Below, in pieces: positions 1 through 13,916 of a stretch of DNA of 64,000 bases. The position numbers and the translations under genes are program-made. The stretch lies in the NCBI RefSeq assembly GCF_058153355.1, contig NZ_CM177019.1. The stretch is one strand, 5' to 3'. Position 1 is the first letter of the stretch. Every line of letters starts with the position of its first letter. A model generated the notes under the pieces. The model worked only from the letters and a program-made list of their open reading frames with translations. It searched no databases and was not told the origin of the DNA.

Positions 1-185
1 TCCGGGCTGACTCCAGACTGGTAGTGAAATGCGCAATTTTGTAGAATTGCGCCTCCTCGCGACCTCCCCAGTGAATCTGTTGCCTCATTTTTTACATACT
101 GCGTATTCGACTTCTCCACCTGTTGCGCAAGAGAAACTGGGTTTATTCATTTTTGCGAGGCCGACTTCTTTCTGGACAGGACTTT

Positions 186-1457
186 ATGCAGCACAACACA
201 CTACCGAAACACGATCAGAAAATGCCGTTTACACGCTACGACTTCGGCTGGGTTTTATTATGCATAGGCATGGCGATTGGTGCCGGAACCGTGCTGATGC
301 CAGTACAAATTGGCTTGAAGGGAATTTGGGTATTTATTACCGCAGCGATCATTGCTTATCCTGCCACCTGGGTAGTGCAGGACATTTATTTAAAAACCCT
401 TTCTGAAAGCGATTCCTGTAATGACTACACCGATATTATCAGTCATTACCTGGGGAAGAACTGGGGAATTTTCCTCGGGGTTATCTACTTTTTGATGATT
501 ATCCACGGGATTTTTATCTACTCTCTCTCCGTGGTTTTCGACAGCGCCTCGTACCTGAAAACCTTCGGTTTAACCAATGCCGATCTTTCACAATCTCTAC
601 TTTATAAAGTCGCCATTTTCGCCGTACTGGTGGCAATTGCGTCTGGTGGTGAACGATTACTGTTTAAGATTTCCGGGCCAATGGTGGTGGTCAAAGTAGG
701 GATTATTGTCGTCTTCGGTTTTGCGATGATCCCGCACTGGAATTTCGCCAATATAACCGCCTTCCCGCAAGCCTCCGTCTTTTTCCGCGATGTCCTGCTT
801 ACCATTCCCTTTTGCTTCTTTTCTGCGGTATTTATTCAGGTACTTAACCCAATGAATATTGCCTATCGTAAACGGGAAGCGGATAAAGTACTGGCAACCC
901 GGCTCGCGCTGCGTACCCACCGAATTAGTTATGTCACGCTCATCGCGGTGATCCTGTTTTTTGCCTTTTCGTTTACCTTCTCAATTAGCCACGAAGAAGC
1001 CGTTTCTGCCTTTGAACAAAATATCTCGGCACTGGCACTGGCCGCGCAGGTGATCCCTGGGCATATCATTCATATCACCTCTACGGTGCTGAATATCTTT
1101 GCCGTACTGACCGCATTCTTTGGCATTTATCTCGGTTTCCACGAGGCCATTAAAGGCATTATTCTCAATCTGTTAAGCCGAATTATTGATACCAAGAAAA
1201 TTAACTCACGCATGCTGACTCTGGCGATCTGCGCTTTTATCGTCATTACGTTGACGATTTGGGTTTCGTTTCGTGTATCGGTGCTGGTGTTCTTTCAGTT
1301 GGGAAGCCCGTTATATGGCATTGTGTCGTGCCTCATTCCATTTTTCCTGATCTATAAAGTCTCACAACTGGAAAAACTTCGCGGGTTTAAAGCCTGGATG
1401 ATTCTGCTGTACGGCATTTTGTTATGCTTGTCGCCACTGTTGAAGCTGATTGAGTAA
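186..1457 (+). CDS. yhjV: HAAAP-family amino acid permease-like inner membrane transporter
   Basis: ORF 123-1457; recalled YhjV N-terminus [12 protein letters not shown] starts at internal ATG 186; hydrophobic multi-TM protein; convergent with dppF. Confidence 0.85.
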   Translation: MQHNTLPKHDQKMPFTRYDFGWVLLCIGMAIGAGTVLMPVQIGLKGIWVFITAAIIAYPATWVVQDIYLKTLSESDSCNDYTDIISHYLGKNWGIFLGVIYFLMIIHGIFIYSLSVVFDSASYLKTFGLTNADLSQSLLYKVAIFAVLVAIASGGERLLFKISGPMVVVKVGIIVVFGFAMIPHWNFANITAFPQASVFFRDVLLTIPFCFFSAVFIQVLNPMNIAYRKREADKVLATRLALRTHRISYVTLIAVILFFAFSFTFSISHEEAVSAFEQNISALALAAQVIPGHIIHITSTVLNIFAVLTAFFGIYLGFHEAIKGIILNLLSRIIDTKKINSRMLTLAICAFIVITLTIWVSFRVSVLVFFQLGSPLYGIVSCLIPFFLIYKVSQLEKLRGFKAWMILLYGILLCLSPLLKLIE

Positions 1458-1486
1458 ACCGGAGCGCATGGCCCCGGTTTTGTGAG

Positions 1487-2491
1487 TTACCGCTGCGGAT
1501 TTTCATCCTGATCAACAGCAAAACAAGCTACCAGTTGACCGCCGTAGTCTTTTAGCTGCGGCTGCAACTGGGTGCAGGGGCCGAAGCGCCGACGACAGCG
1601 GGCGTTAAACGCGCAGCCCGGCGGTGGATTGAGCGGGCTTGGCAGTTCACCGGTGAGCTTGATGCGCTCGCGGCGATCGTCCGGGTTCAGGCGCGGCGTC
1701 GCGGAGAGTAGCGCCTGGGTGTACGGATGACGCGGGTTATTGAAGATTTGGTCCTTCGTTCCCTTCTCCACGCAGCGGCCCAGGTACATCACCATCACTT
1801 CATCAGCAATATGCTCCACCACCGACAGGTCGTGGGAGATAAAGACATAAGAAAGCCCCAACTCCTGCTGCAAATCCATCATCAGATTCAGCACCTGCGC
1901 ACGCACTGAAACGTCCAGCGCGGAAACCGGTTCATCGGCAATCACCACATCCGGGTCGAGCATCAGACCACGGGCAATGGCGATACGCTGACGCTGACCG
2001 CCGGAGAACATATGCGGGTAGCGGTCGTAATGCTCGGTTTTTAGGCCAACTTTTGCCATCATCGACAACGCTTTTTCCCGACGCTGTTCTTTGCTTAAAC
2101 TGGTGTTAATAAGCAGCGGCTCTTCAAGAATTTGCCCAACTTTTTTACGCGGATTTAGCGAACCATAGGGATTCTGGAAGACGATCTGGATTTTCTGCCG
2201 ACGCAACTTCTGCGCCTGCGGATCGTGCTTGAGCAGATCCTGCCCCTGGTAATACAGTTCGCCACCGGTCGGCGTTTCGATCATCGTCAGCAACCGACCG
2301 AGGGTCGACTTACCGCAGCCAGATTCACCCACTACTGCCAGCGTTTTGCCACGTTCAAGATTAAACGAAACGCCATCCAGCGCCTTTACAAGACGTTCCG
2401 GCGCGAACATGCCTTTCTTCACCGGATAATGTTTTTTCAGGTCGATAGCCTGCAACAGCGGTTGTTGCAGGGTGGCCTCTTGCGTACTCAT
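1487..2491 (-). CDS. dppF: dipeptide ABC transporter ATP-binding protein DppF
   Basis: 334 aa; Walker [13 protein letters not shown] signature LSGGQRQR; 4-bp overlap with dppD. Confidence 0.95.
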   Translation of the reverse strand: MSTQEATLQQPLLQAIDLKKHYPVKKGMFAPERLVKALDGVSFNLERGKTLAVVGESGCGKSTLGRLLTMIETPTGGELYYQGQDLLKHDPQAQKLRRQKIQIVFQNPYGSLNPRKKVGQILEEPLLINTSLSKEQRREKALSMMAKVGLKTEHYDRYPHMFSGGQRQRIAIARGLMLDPDVVIADEPVSALDVSVRAQVLNLMMDLQQELGLSYVFISHDLSVVEHIADEVMVMYLGRCVEKGTKDQIFNNPRHPYTQALLSATPRLNPDDRRERIKLTGELPSPLNPPPGCAFNARCRRRFGPCTQLQPQLKDYGGQLVACFAVDQDENPQR

Positions 2492-3471
2492 AGTGTGGGC
2501 CTCCCGGCATCATCAAGTGGGTAATGGCATTTGGACTGACGCCCGTCAGCGAGCATATTCAGCGCCGGTTCTTCAGCACGGCATCTGTCAGTGGCATAGG
2601 GGCAACGCGGGTTAAGCAGGCAGCCATTCGGACGGTCGTATTTGCCAGGAACGACGCCAGGCAATGACGCCAGACGTTCTTTGTCCTGGGCAAATTCCGG
2701 CAGCGCGCGCAGCAATGCCTGAGTATACGGATGACGCGGTGCATGGAAGATGGCGTGGGCATCGCCCGTTTCCACCACCTGGCCTGCATACATGACGATG
2801 ATTTTATGCGCCGCTTCCGCCACCAGCGCCAGGTCATGGGTAATCAACACCAGCGCCATGTTCTCTTTCTGCTGCAGCTCCAGCAGCAGTTCGATGATTT
2901 GTGCCTGAATGGTCACGTCCAGCGCGGTGGTCGGCTCATCAGCAATCAGCAGTTTTGGCCGACAGGCAATCGCCATGGCGATCATCACACGCTGGCTCAT
3001 GCCGCCAGAAAGCTGATGCGGGTAAACATCCAGACGCGAAGCCGGATCGGGAATACCGACCTGATTCAGCAGGTCAATCGCCCGCTGACGGCGAGTGCTC
3101 TTATTACCGCCCTGATGCACCTTAATCGCTTCCATGATCTGGAAACCAACGGTGTAGCATGGGTTAAGGCTGGTCATCGGGTCCTGAAAGATCATCGCCA
3201 CTTCGGCACCCACCAGGTTGCGGCGCTCTTTTTCCGAGATACACTGCAAATCCTGGCCGTTAAACTCCAGCTTTTCTGCCATCACGCGGCCCGGATAATC
3301 AATCAGCCCCATAATCGCCAGTGAACTGACCGACTTACCGGAGCCAGACTCACCCACAATTCCGACCACTTCGCCTTGTTTCACGCTGTAGCTGATACGG
3401 TCTACGGCGCGGAACGGTGCGCTTTCGTCACCGAAATGCACCGATAATTTATCTACATTTAATAACGCCAT
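2488..3471 (-). CDS. dppD: dipeptide ABC transporter ATP-binding protein DppD
   Basis: 327 aa; Walker A GESGSGKS, signature LSGGMSQR; operon position. Confidence 0.95.
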   Translation of the reverse strand: MALLNVDKLSVHFGDESAPFRAVDRISYSVKQGEVVGIVGESGSGKSVSSLAIMGLIDYPGRVMAEKLEFNGQDLQCISEKERRNLVGAEVAMIFQDPMTSLNPCYTVGFQIMEAIKVHQGGNKSTRRQRAIDLLNQVGIPDPASRLDVYPHQLSGGMSQRVMIAMAIACRPKLLIADEPTTALDVTIQAQIIELLLELQQKENMALVLITHDLALVAEAAHKIIVMYAGQVVETGDAHAIFHAPRHPYTQALLRALPEFAQDKERLASLPGVVPGKYDRPNGCLLNPRCPYATDRCRAEEPALNMLADGRQSKCHYPLDDAGRPTL

Positions 3472-3481
3472 CTCGAACCTC

Positions 3482-4384
3482 TTACTGCTTCAGTTTGGGA
3501 TCGAGCGCGTCACGCAGACCGTCACCCATCAGGTTAAATGCCAGCACCGTCAGCAGGATCGCCAGACCCGGGAAGGTCACGACCCACCAGGCGCTTTGCG
3601 CGAACTGCAACACGTCAGAGAGCATGGTGCCCCACTCCGGCGTTGGCGGCTGCGCTCCCATGCCAAGGAAGCCAAGGGCGGCCATATCGAGAATGGCGTT
3701 AGAGAAACCGAGCGACGCCTGAACAATCAGCGGCGCAAGGCAGTTCGGGAAGATGTTAATAAACATCTGGCGCATCGCCCCGGCACCCGCCACGCGAGAC
3801 GCGGTAACGTAATCGCGATTCACCTCCACCAGCACGGCGGCGCGGGTTAAGCGCACATAGTGTGGCAAGGCAACGAAGGTTAGCGCCAGCGCGGCGTTAC
3901 CAATCGACGGGCCGAAAATCGCCACCAGCACCAGTGCCAACAGCAGACTTGGCAGCGCCAGCATGATATCGACCACGCGCATGATGATGTTATCGACCAG
4001 ACCGCCAAAGTAACCAGCGATCAGGCCGAGAATAACGCCCATAATCAGCGATAACACAACTACCAGACAGCCAACCAGCAGCGACAAGCGCGCGCCGTAC
4101 ATCAGCCGCGACAGCACATCACGGCCTACGTCATCGGTGCCAAGCAAGTGCGCCATGCTGCCGCCTTCCTGCCAGGCTGGCGGGGCGAGCAGTGCATCGC
4201 GGAACTGTTCCGCCGGGTTATACGGCGCAATCCAGTTGGCAAAGATCGCGATAAACAACACGATGACGACGTAAACCAGCCCGACGACCGCGCCTTTGTT
4301 GCGTTTAAAATAGTGCCAGAACTCCTGTAACGGGGTCATCGGCACCGGTGCGCTAATCACTTTATTTTCAGTAACCTGTGACAT
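3482..4384 (-). CDS. dppC: dipeptide ABC transporter permease DppC
   Basis: 300 aa multi-TM permease; operon position between dppB and dppD. Confidence 0.95.
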   Translation of the reverse strand: MSQVTENKVISAPVPMTPLQEFWHYFKRNKGAVVGLVYVVIVLFIAIFANWIAPYNPAEQFRDALLAPPAWQEGGSMAHLLGTDDVGRDVLSRLMYGARLSLLVGCLVVVLSLIMGVILGLIAGYFGGLVDNIIMRVVDIMLALPSLLLALVLVAIFGPSIGNAALALTFVALPHYVRLTRAAVLVEVNRDYVTASRVAGAGAMRQMFINIFPNCLAPLIVQASLGFSNAILDMAALGFLGMGAQPPTPEWGTMLSDVLQFAQSAWWVVTFPGLAILLTVLAFNLMGDGLRDALDPKLKQ

Positions 4385-4393
4385 GATGTCCCC

Positions 4394-5413
4394 TTACTTC
4401 TTATGACGAATACGCGGGTTCACCACGCCGTACAGCAGATCGACCAGCAGGTTGACGAGGATAATCATCGTCGCCACCAGCAATACGCCACCCTGCACTA
4501 CCGGATAATCGCGGCGTTGCAGTGCGTCAATCAACCAGCGCCCCAGACCGGGCCACGAGAAGATGGTTTCGGTCAGAATCGCGCCTGCCAGCAATGTTCC
4601 CACCTGCAGGCCGATAACGGTCACCACCGGCAGCATGGCATTACGCAGCGCATGGACGATAATCACCCTAAGGCGGGTCAGCCCTTTGGCACGCGCGGTG
4701 CGGATGTAATCCTCGCCCAGCACTTCCAGCATCGAGGAGCGCGTCATACGTACAATGACCGCCAGCGGGATAGTACCCAGCACAATGGCGGGCAAAATCA
4801 TATGGGCGACAGCATCAATAAAGTTGCCGTCTTCACCCCAGATGGCGGTGTCGATCAGCATAAAACCGGTTAACGGATTGGAGTCATCGAGGAACACCAT
4901 GTCGCTCACGCGACCGGAGACGGGCGTCAGGTTCCAGTGCACTGAAACCAGCATGATCAACATCATGCCCCACCAGAAGATCGGCATGGAGTAGCCGGTC
5001 AGCGCCAGACCAACCGCCGTGTGATCGAAAATAGAACCGCGTTTAACCGCAGCCAGCACACCAACCGGAACACCGACCGCGGTCGCAAAAATCATCGCGC
5101 AGACGCCAAGTTCCAGCGTGGCCTGGAAGCGCGGCACGAACTCTTCCCATACCGGAATTCGGCTTTTCATCGAAATGCCTAAATCACCGTGCATTACGCC
5201 CCAAATGTAATGGAGATACTGCTGCCACATCGGTTTATCCAAGCCGAGTTCTGCCAGCAATTGCGCGTGACGCTCTGGGGAGATCCCACGTTCACCCGCC
5301 ATGATCATCACCGGATCGCCCGGGATCATGTGGACAAAGGCAAATGTGAGAAGGGTAATACCGATAAACGTGGGGATGACGAGTCCCAAACGTCGGAGAA
5401 TAAACTGCAACAT
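4394..5413 (-). CDS. dppB: dipeptide ABC transporter permease DppB
   Basis: ORF 4394-5476; recalled DppB start MLQFILRRLG at internal ATG (5411-5413 on minus strand) gives 339 aa. Confidence 0.9.
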   Translation of the reverse strand: MLQFILRRLGLVIPTFIGITLLTFAFVHMIPGDPVMIMAGERGISPERHAQLLAELGLDKPMWQQYLHYIWGVMHGDLGISMKSRIPVWEEFVPRFQATLELGVCAMIFATAVGVPVGVLAAVKRGSIFDHTAVGLALTGYSMPIFWWGMMLIMLVSVHWNLTPVSGRVSDMVFLDDSNPLTGFMLIDTAIWGEDGNFIDAVAHMILPAIVLGTIPLAVIVRMTRSSMLEVLGEDYIRTARAKGLTRLRVIIVHALRNAMLPVVTVIGLQVGTLLAGAILTETIFSWPGLGRWLIDALQRRDYPVVQGGVLLVATMIILVNLLVDLLYGVVNPRIRHKK

Positions 5414-5584
5414 AACCCGGATTCTCTGTAGTGACCCGCAGCCTGGAACTGCGAGTCTGTATTGCTCACAAATCAATTCCCGCCCTTATAGGACAAGGAA
5501 TTAAGTATTGCTGCCGGATGGCGCTGCACTTAAAGGCACAGCACCACCGGGTATGCAGATTGTTGACAAAGTACGCTTTGGTCA

Positions 5585-5680
<96 letters not shown>

Positions 5681-5720
5681 AGCAGTTTTGCATTTGCCAT
5701 CAACCTTGTATGGCTTTTAA

Positions 5721-7328
5721 TTATTCGATAGAGACGTTTTCGAAGTGATGTTTGCCTAATGGATCAACCACATAGCCTTTAACTTCTTTGCGTACCGGTT
5801 CAAACACGGTGGAGTGAGCGATGATCAGTGCCGGAGCCTGATCGTGCATCACGACCTGTGCTTGTTTGTACAGTTCAACACGCTTGTTGTGGTCGTCGGT
5901 AGCACGCGCCGGTTGAATCAGATCTTCAAACGGTTTGTAGCACCATTTTGAGTAGTTGGAGCCTTGTTCAGAGGCAGCGCAGCTAAACAGGGTAGCGAAG
6001 AAGTTATCCGGATCCCCGTTATCGCCAGTCCAGCCCATCATTACCGTCTGGTGCTCGCCATCTTTTGCACGCTTGAGGTACTCACCCCATTCGTAGGTAA
6101 CGATTTTCGCTTGTACGCCGACTTTCGCCCAGTCTGCCTGAATCATCTCTGCCATACGACGAGCGTTCGGGTTATACGGACGTTGTACCGGCATTGCCCA
6201 CAGGTCGATGGAGAAGCCTTTTTCCAGACCCGCTTCTTTCAGCAAGGCTTTCGCTTTTTCAGGATCGTAGGTGTAGTCCTGAACATCATCGTTATAGCCC
6301 CACATGGTTGGCGGGATCAGGTTTTTCGCTGATACGCCAGCGCCCTGATACACTGCTTTGATAATCGCGTCTTTGTTCACCGCATAGGTCAGTGCCTGGC
6401 GAACTTTCACGTCATCCAGTGGTTTTTTCTGCACGTTATACGAGAGATAGCCGACGTTCAGCCCCGGCATTTCCATCAGGTTGATGGATTTATCCTGCTT
6501 CATGCGGGCGATATCTGCCGGGTTCGGGTACGGCATCACCTGGCATTCATTTTTCTGCAATTTAGCGTAACGCACGGAAGCGTCAGGGGTAATAGAGAAG
6601 ACCAGCGTATCGATCTGTGGTTTGGTGCCCCAGTAGCCATCAAACGCTTTGTAGCGAATACGGGAATCTTTTTGATATTGCTGTAACTGGAACGGGCCGG
6701 TGCCGATTGGGTTGAGGTCCAGTTTTTCCGGCGTACCGGCTTTCATCATCGCGTCAGCATATTCTTTTGACAGAATAGAGGCGAAGTCCATTGCCAGGTC
6801 AGCAAGGAACGGCGCTTCCGGGCGAGTCAGCACAAACTGAACGGTGTTGTCGTCCACCTTTTTCACTTCGCTGATCAGCTCCGGCAAGCCCATACCTTCG
6901 AAGTATTCGTAGCTGCCGCCAGAAACTTTATGGTACGGGTTTTGCGCGTTTTTCTGACGATCGAACGAGAACACCACGTCATCGGCATTCAGTTCGCGCG
7001 TCGGTTTGAATTCTTTGTTGTTATGCCACTTCACACCTTTACGCAGATGGAAGGTATAGGTTTTACCGTCTTCGCTGACTTCCCACTTTTCAGCGAGGCC
7101 CGGAATCACTTCAGTGGTGCCGATTTTAAATTCAACCAGGCGGTTATAAAGCGGTACGGAAGAGGCGTCATAGGTGGTGCCGGAGGTAAACAGCTGCGGG
7201 TTAAACCCTTCCGGAGAGCCTTCTGAGCAATAAACCAGAGTTTTAGCCTGAACACTTGCTGCGACGGTCATAGCCACCAGGCTGAGACCAAGCTTCAGCA
7301 TCCCTGACTTTTTCAAGGAAATACGCAT
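5721..7328 (-). CDS. dppA: periplasmic dipeptide-binding protein DppA
   Basis: 535 aa; signal peptide MRISLKKSGMLKLGLSLVAMTVAASVQA; family 5 solute-binding protein. Confidence 0.95.
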   Translation of the reverse strand: MRISLKKSGMLKLGLSLVAMTVAASVQAKTLVYCSEGSPEGFNPQLFTSGTTYDASSVPLYNRLVEFKIGTTEVIPGLAEKWEVSEDGKTYTFHLRKGVKWHNNKEFKPTRELNADDVVFSFDRQKNAQNPYHKVSGGSYEYFEGMGLPELISEVKKVDDNTVQFVLTRPEAPFLADLAMDFASILSKEYADAMMKAGTPEKLDLNPIGTGPFQLQQYQKDSRIRYKAFDGYWGTKPQIDTLVFSITPDASVRYAKLQKNECQVMPYPNPADIARMKQDKSINLMEMPGLNVGYLSYNVQKKPLDDVKVRQALTYAVNKDAIIKAVYQGAGVSAKNLIPPTMWGYNDDVQDYTYDPEKAKALLKEAGLEKGFSIDLWAMPVQRPYNPNARRMAEMIQADWAKVGVQAKIVTYEWGEYLKRAKDGEHQTVMMGWTGDNGDPDNFFATLFSCAASEQGSNYSKWCYKPFEDLIQPARATDDHNKRVELYKQAQVVMHDQAPALIIAHSTVFEPVRKEVKGYVVDPLGKHHFENVSIE

Positions 7329-7560
7329 TATTCTGCTCCAATTGTGATGTTTGTTGTTTTAACCCTTTGCAGTGGGTTGTCGCTGCCTGACCTTTTTTGT
7401 TTTTTACCCGGTCGGGTCAACGTTATGAGGTGGGGATGCCGTACTAATTAACATCAGTGTAACAGTGCGGATCCTCCATAAAATGCCCCTCGTGACCTAC
7501 AATCTGTCAACAGAATGTGAAAACGTCAATACAGCCAACCGGGATTTACATCAACGGTGA
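7329..7560 (-). promoter_or_regulatory. dppA promoter and long 5' leader (known sRNA-regulated leader in E. coli)
   Basis: Non-coding region immediately upstream of dppA start; assignment by position and established knowledge, motifs not individually mapped. Confidence 0.35.
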
Positions 7561-7897
7561 GAATCCACAAACAAAGATTAAAAAAACTTCAAACAGCTAT
7601 TTGCAGCAGAGAAATTTGTGCTACGCCAACATAACCAGAACAATCAGCGTAATATTTAGCAACATTTGGTGATTAAGTTTTATGCATTTAATGAAAAAAA
7701 TCTGAGGAAAAGGTGGATATCTGAGCGATTAATACCATGAAAGCTAAAACGCACAGCGGAAAATGCCAGCGCCAGCCATAAGTAACGCAAAAAAAAGATT
7801 TAAGCAAATATAAAAAAGACAATGGATTCTGTCACAAATCCGTTAATGGATAGTGAGATGTGGGGCGCAAATTTGGCAGGGAAATATGTGGTGTGTC

Positions 7898-9202
<1,305 letters not shown>

Positions 9203-9402
9203 CATGCCTGCAATCTGGGAAACCGGGGTAGAAAAAAACTTGCAGGCCATAACAGTATCTACGTTCAGATTTGGTCGGTGCCAGAGGATTACTCGCCACT
9301 GCGTGGCTCGCCCTGCGGGCCGTTGCTGACGCAACGTTCTCTCGCTTTGCTCGAGTCGAACCTCTCTGCCCCCGGAGGTTCTTATCCTCTTCAGGTCGCA
9401 GA

Positions 9403-9433
9403 AAGCAAAAAACCAGCCCGTAGGCTGGTTTTT
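9403..9433 (-). terminator. intrinsic terminator downstream of proK
   Basis: Hairpin ccagcccgtaggctgg flanked by A-run and T-run (bidirectional). Confidence 0.6.
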
Positions 9434-9439
9434 CTAAAT

Positions 9440-9516
<77 letters not shown>

Positions 9517-9607
9517 AATGCGGGGCGCATCTTACTGCGCAGATACGCCCTCGTCAATCCCTTAATAGCAAAATGCCTTTTGATCGGCGAGAAAGTCAGC
9601 AGGCTTC

Positions 9608-11299
9608 TTAGTTAGCCGCTGCCTCTTTTGCCTGCGGGATGTGGCACCAGTTGTTGTTTTCGTTAATTCCACCATCCGGTGAAGTATAGCCAAGACAACC
9701 CATGATGGTGTCGTACAGCTCTACGTGACGGCGTGGCACTTTCATATCAGCTTCTTTTTTCAACTGCGCAAATGCCTGCGCGTTGGCTGGATTTTCCAGA
9801 TATTTATCCGACATCCAGACCATCATCGGTACGCGGAACTGCTCCGGCGGTGCCAGTTCACGCGGTGTGCCGTGCAGGTGCTCGCGTTCGTTAATTGACT
9901 CACCGTGGTCAGCTGCGTAGAACACAATCGCTTTCTTATCGCGAACCTGATCAATCACGCTGGAAATAAAGTGATCCACATAGGTCACCGAGTTGTCGTA
10001 GGAGTTGATCATCTGCGCTTTGGTACAGCCGCTATCAACACCAATACATTCTGGCTTCCACTGCGCAAAGCTGCGCGGGTAACGCTGGGTGTAGTTAAAG
10101 TGCGACCCCTTGGTATGCAGAATGATCAGATGCTTACCATCCGGGTTGCGCCCCAGCGATTGCTGCATTTCGTCTACCAGCAACATATCATCTACCGGCT
10201 TGCCGCGGTTACGCGGTTCCGCACCAATCTGCTCACGATAAGCAATGTTGTCTGCCATCGTGTTGCTGTAGAACCACATTTCGCTTTGCATAGCGTAGAG
10301 ATCAGAACTGAATCCTAACTGCTTCAATACCGCGAAAATGTTCTGTTCTTTTAATGTGCGCTGCGGATTATCTTCTGCTCCACCCTGACGCACAAACATG
10401 CAACGCAGAGAAAGTTTGGTCGCCGTGTCACAAGAATAGCCACGAAACGCCGCCAGATTTTTCTCCTGAGCCAGTTTCGGTGTGGTATTGCGTTCATAGC
10501 CGAAAATGCCCATATGATCCCAGCGCGTGGTTTCACCAATAATGAAAACGACATATGTATCATCAACGTTTTGTGGAGCCTGGTACGTAAACTTCTTCGC
10601 AGGGTTAAGGAGAGAATTGTTATCGGAAGATTCATCGACCCGCGCCCAGGCATAAAGACCTAACGCCGAAAGCCAGTTTGATGGCAGATAAGAGTTCGCG
10701 ACAACGCCACCATAACTCGGCAAATCAACACCTGTCGCCCTCTCCACTTTCTTCTGCTGGATATCCAGCAAACGAATCGGTGCCCAAACCATAATACCTG
10801 CCAGTACGACGACCGCCAGACTCCGAATACGTTGCCCTGGGGTTCGCAGTTGTCGGAGCAAGGTGTAGCGACAGCGGTTATTCCAGATAAGGATAAGAGG
10901 CAATGCGCTTACGGCGATTAACCAGAGAATAAAGTTCAGACCAACAACTTCTTTTGACAGGTCGATATCGGTGGTCATGACGGATGCGATGATGCCATAA
11001 CCAATGACCACATTAAGGAAAGTCATGTAATAGCTGGCACCTGCAGAAAAGAGCACCACCAGCGATGCCAGAATTCGCCAGCTGCGGCGGCCAAACAGCG
11101 AAAGCAGACGCAGTAAAAAGAAGGTCACCAGTACGGTAGCGACCAGTTCAACAACAGCAGAAACGCCTTTCCAGACGGTAAAATCGTGCGCATAGCTGCC
11201 GAAGCGGCGGTAAAAAACCGCGCCATTCATAAAAAGGCCAATATAGATTGCAAGCAAAAAGCTCAGCTTCTGCTGTGTAATCGATTTGATGTATCTCAT
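9608..11299 (-). CDS. eptB: Kdo2-lipid A phosphoethanolamine transferase EptB
   Basis: ORF 9608-11332; recalled EptB start [10 protein letters not shown] at internal ATG gives 563 aa; N-terminal TM domain plus sulfatase-like domain. Confidence 0.9.
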   Translation of the reverse strand: MRYIKSITQQKLSFLLAIYIGLFMNGAVFYRRFGSYAHDFTVWKGVSAVVELVATVLVTFFLLRLLSLFGRRSWRILASLVVLFSAGASYYMTFLNVVIGYGIIASVMTTDIDLSKEVVGLNFILWLIAVSALPLILIWNNRCRYTLLRQLRTPGQRIRSLAVVVLAGIMVWAPIRLLDIQQKKVERATGVDLPSYGGVVANSYLPSNWLSALGLYAWARVDESSDNNSLLNPAKKFTYQAPQNVDDTYVVFIIGETTRWDHMGIFGYERNTTPKLAQEKNLAAFRGYSCDTATKLSLRCMFVRQGGAEDNPQRTLKEQNIFAVLKQLGFSSDLYAMQSEMWFYSNTMADNIAYREQIGAEPRNRGKPVDDMLLVDEMQQSLGRNPDGKHLIILHTKGSHFNYTQRYPRSFAQWKPECIGVDSGCTKAQMINSYDNSVTYVDHFISSVIDQVRDKKAIVFYAADHGESINEREHLHGTPRELAPPEQFRVPMMVWMSDKYLENPANAQAFAQLKKEADMKVPRRHVELYDTIMGCLGYTSPDGGINENNNWCHIPQAKEAAAN

Positions 11300-11622
11300 G
11301 CAAACAAACCCTGGACAAACAGGTGATAACACCCTGCTTAGTGGCTTTTCAGGCCCGGCAGGGGAAAAGTGCGGAGGTAGTCAGATTAGTAAAATCTACA
11401 CGCGCGAATAAGTAGACCACAGCAAAGGGAAAAAGTGTGGGGAAAGAGTGTGCATGAAGCACAAATTTACAAAAATGCAAGTTTGAAAAGAGACTATAGC
11501 GTTACAAAAAGCAGTAAAAAGGGCCAGTTCACTGGCCCAAATTTTACGCGTCATTGTTTATACATTGCGTTGAAGCGTTTGATTTACACTAAGGCTAAAG
11601 CCCAGTAGCTCGCGGCAGGTCA

Positions 11623-12831
11623 TTAAAGGGAGCCATGCGCCTCACGCAACATTTTCTGCTCTGGCTGGCGAATCGTCGTAGAAAGCGCCAGTGACAGAAT
11701 CAGCAGGGCGAAAATCACGTAGAATGTCACATAGAATCCGCCAAACAGTGAAGCGATAATCGAACCACAAATGCTGCCGATACCGAAACCGAGGTAAATC
11801 ACACCGTAGTTTTTTGCCAGATTATTTAGGCCGAAGAACTCACTGACCAGTGACGGGAACACAGTGATAGTGCCGCCGAAGTTAAATGCCACGCAGGCAA
11901 TCGCTGCAAAGAACGTCACTGCATTCAATGGGGCAAACAGCAGGGCCGCCATGCCCACCAGCGAAATGACCTGACCAATGGTGATAACACGGATACGGGC
12001 GATTTTGTCAGACAGAATGCCCAGCACCAGACGACCAGAAAGGTTGGCGATGGAAATAACCGTCACAGCATTGGCTGCGGAAATTGCATCAAGATGCGCC
12101 AGACTTTGAGCGATATCTTTCGCCACGCCAATCACATACAGGCCACTCATGCAGGCGGTCAGGAACATAACTGCTAACATCCAGTACTGCGGTTTACGCA
12201 TCGACTCTGCCAGCGTGTAATCCTTCTCCACCACGCCATTGCTGGTTTTCACTTCCTGCTTCGGCGCATCTTTCATTAATGTTGCGCCAAAGACAATCAT
12301 CACCAGTACAATCGCGCCCCAAATAACAAAGGTTTTTTCCAGACCGACCGTTTCCAACAGTTGCGTATCGATAAATTTGAAACCCAGACTACCAAGTCCA
12401 TAAGAACCAATAGCGAACGCAGAGATGAGTCCCTTACGCTCCGGGAACCACTTCACGCAGTTAGAGAGCGTCAACAGGTAACCCGCACCATCCGCCAGAC
12501 CAACCAACACACCGGCGCTTAACCACAGCATCATCAGGTTGTTGGAATGTGCTGTCAGGAAGAAACCTAATCCCAGCAAAATGCCGGAAGCCATAGTGAC
12601 GCGTTTAACACCAAAACGTTCTTGCAATTTGCCCGCAACAGAAGACGAAATTGCCAGCCCCAGACTTAACAAGCCGAAAGAGAAAGCAACCTGGCTTACC
12701 GGAGCCCCCAGCTTGGCAGAAAGCGCGCCGTTAAACAGACTCCAGGTATAAACCGACCCCAGGGCAAACTGGGTAATGATAGTACCGATGAGTGTCAGCC
12801 AGCGAGTACGCTGATAATTTGAAGGTGTCAT
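11623..12831 (-). CDS. yhjX: MFS transporter YhjX (oxalate/formate antiporter family)
   Basis: ORF 11623-12876; recalled start MTPSNYQRTRW at internal ATG gives 402 aa; 12 TM MFS protein. Confidence 0.85.
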   Translation of the reverse strand: MTPSNYQRTRWLTLIGTIITQFALGSVYTWSLFNGALSAKLGAPVSQVAFSFGLLSLGLAISSSVAGKLQERFGVKRVTMASGILLGLGFFLTAHSNNLMMLWLSAGVLVGLADGAGYLLTLSNCVKWFPERKGLISAFAIGSYGLGSLGFKFIDTQLLETVGLEKTFVIWGAIVLVMIVFGATLMKDAPKQEVKTSNGVVEKDYTLAESMRKPQYWMLAVMFLTACMSGLYVIGVAKDIAQSLAHLDAISAANAVTVISIANLSGRLVLGILSDKIARIRVITIGQVISLVGMAALLFAPLNAVTFFAAIACVAFNFGGTITVFPSLVSEFFGLNNLAKNYGVIYLGFGIGSICGSIIASLFGGFYVTFYVIFALLILSLALSTTIRQPEQKMLREAHGSL

Positions 12832-13059
12832 GGCAGTATTCCTGCAGTAATAAAAAGGAAAAATCTCTGCTGACAACCATAACGAAGTGCACTTTATGCC
12901 TGGGGAAAAACGGCATGAAATGCCATCAGAACGGAATGAAATGCATTAGTTCAGGAATGAATGACTCGACGATTATTCATCAAATTTATTATTTAGTAAG
13001 TTAGTCCCCACTATCGCCACATTAGTTGTTATTTATGGGTTTCAATTGTATCTATAACG

Positions 13060-13765
13060 TTAAAATCTGGCACTAACCCCCATCGTATACAGATAGTCGC
13101 TATTGTTAGTGGTATTTTCTGCCTGAGATAGCGCCGCATAGGCGGCAATATTTTGATTGAGCAACATATCAGCGCCTAAGGTGACATCCAGCCAGTTGCC
13201 GTTCTGGTTTGTCGCCGTCATCCGGCTTAAGCCTGATTGCGCCTTCCAGATATTCTCGCCAAATTGCTGGTTATAGCTGATTTGCGCCCAGGGTCGGAGA
13301 TCGCCAAGCCGGGAGTCAACACGCCAGCCTAAGGTACTCACACTGGCATGCCATAACGGATCAGTCAGTGTAGTAGTACTGTCGCCAAACTCGTTATACA
13401 TCGAGGTGGTTGTACCATCGTAATGTAATGCCGCGACCGGGCCGGTTGTAACCTGTTCATATAAAGGAAAATTCCAGCCCATACTCATACTGCTGGTCAC
13501 ATCCACAGGGGTTTCTTCCGCCAGATTGACTTCCAGTCCCAGCGCCCTTTGGCTACTTTGAATACGTTGCGACAGAATATCTGTTGTAATCAGGTTGATG
13601 ATCGCTATCCCAGGTGTAGCGCTCTGTGGAATGTCCGGGTTGCGTATCAACGATATATTCTTGTTGCCAGGCGTAAGCTGTGTTGAGAAAAAAGGCACTG
13701 ATTACCACGCTCGCCAGCAGGCTTAACTGCCAGCGACCACCGCTTTTTTTTATGATCATTAACAC
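13060..13765 (-). pseudogene. yhjY: autotransporter beta-domain protein YhjY, apparent +1 frameshift
   Basis: Signal-peptide N-terminus (ORF 13553-13765) and beta-domain C-terminus (ORF 13060-13698) lie in different frames; the junction near 13573-13591 restores a 232-aa protein if one base is removed. Confidence 0.6.
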
Positions 13766-13916
13766 GACTCCAGGGAAGAGCCGAATTCGGCAATATTATT
13801 GTCATTGTATGAAGGATATCGGGCATAGTAGCCCTGTATTAAATATTGACTTTTTCACCGATGCGTCAAGAAAAGGGGCTGAAATTTTTACGATCGGGTA
13901 CATAGCGAGGGAAAGT

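Noticed and set aside
29-406. 125-aa ORF overlapping the start of yhjV
   Set aside because: Different frame from the conserved permease and no recognisable features; the yhjV start is better placed at 186.
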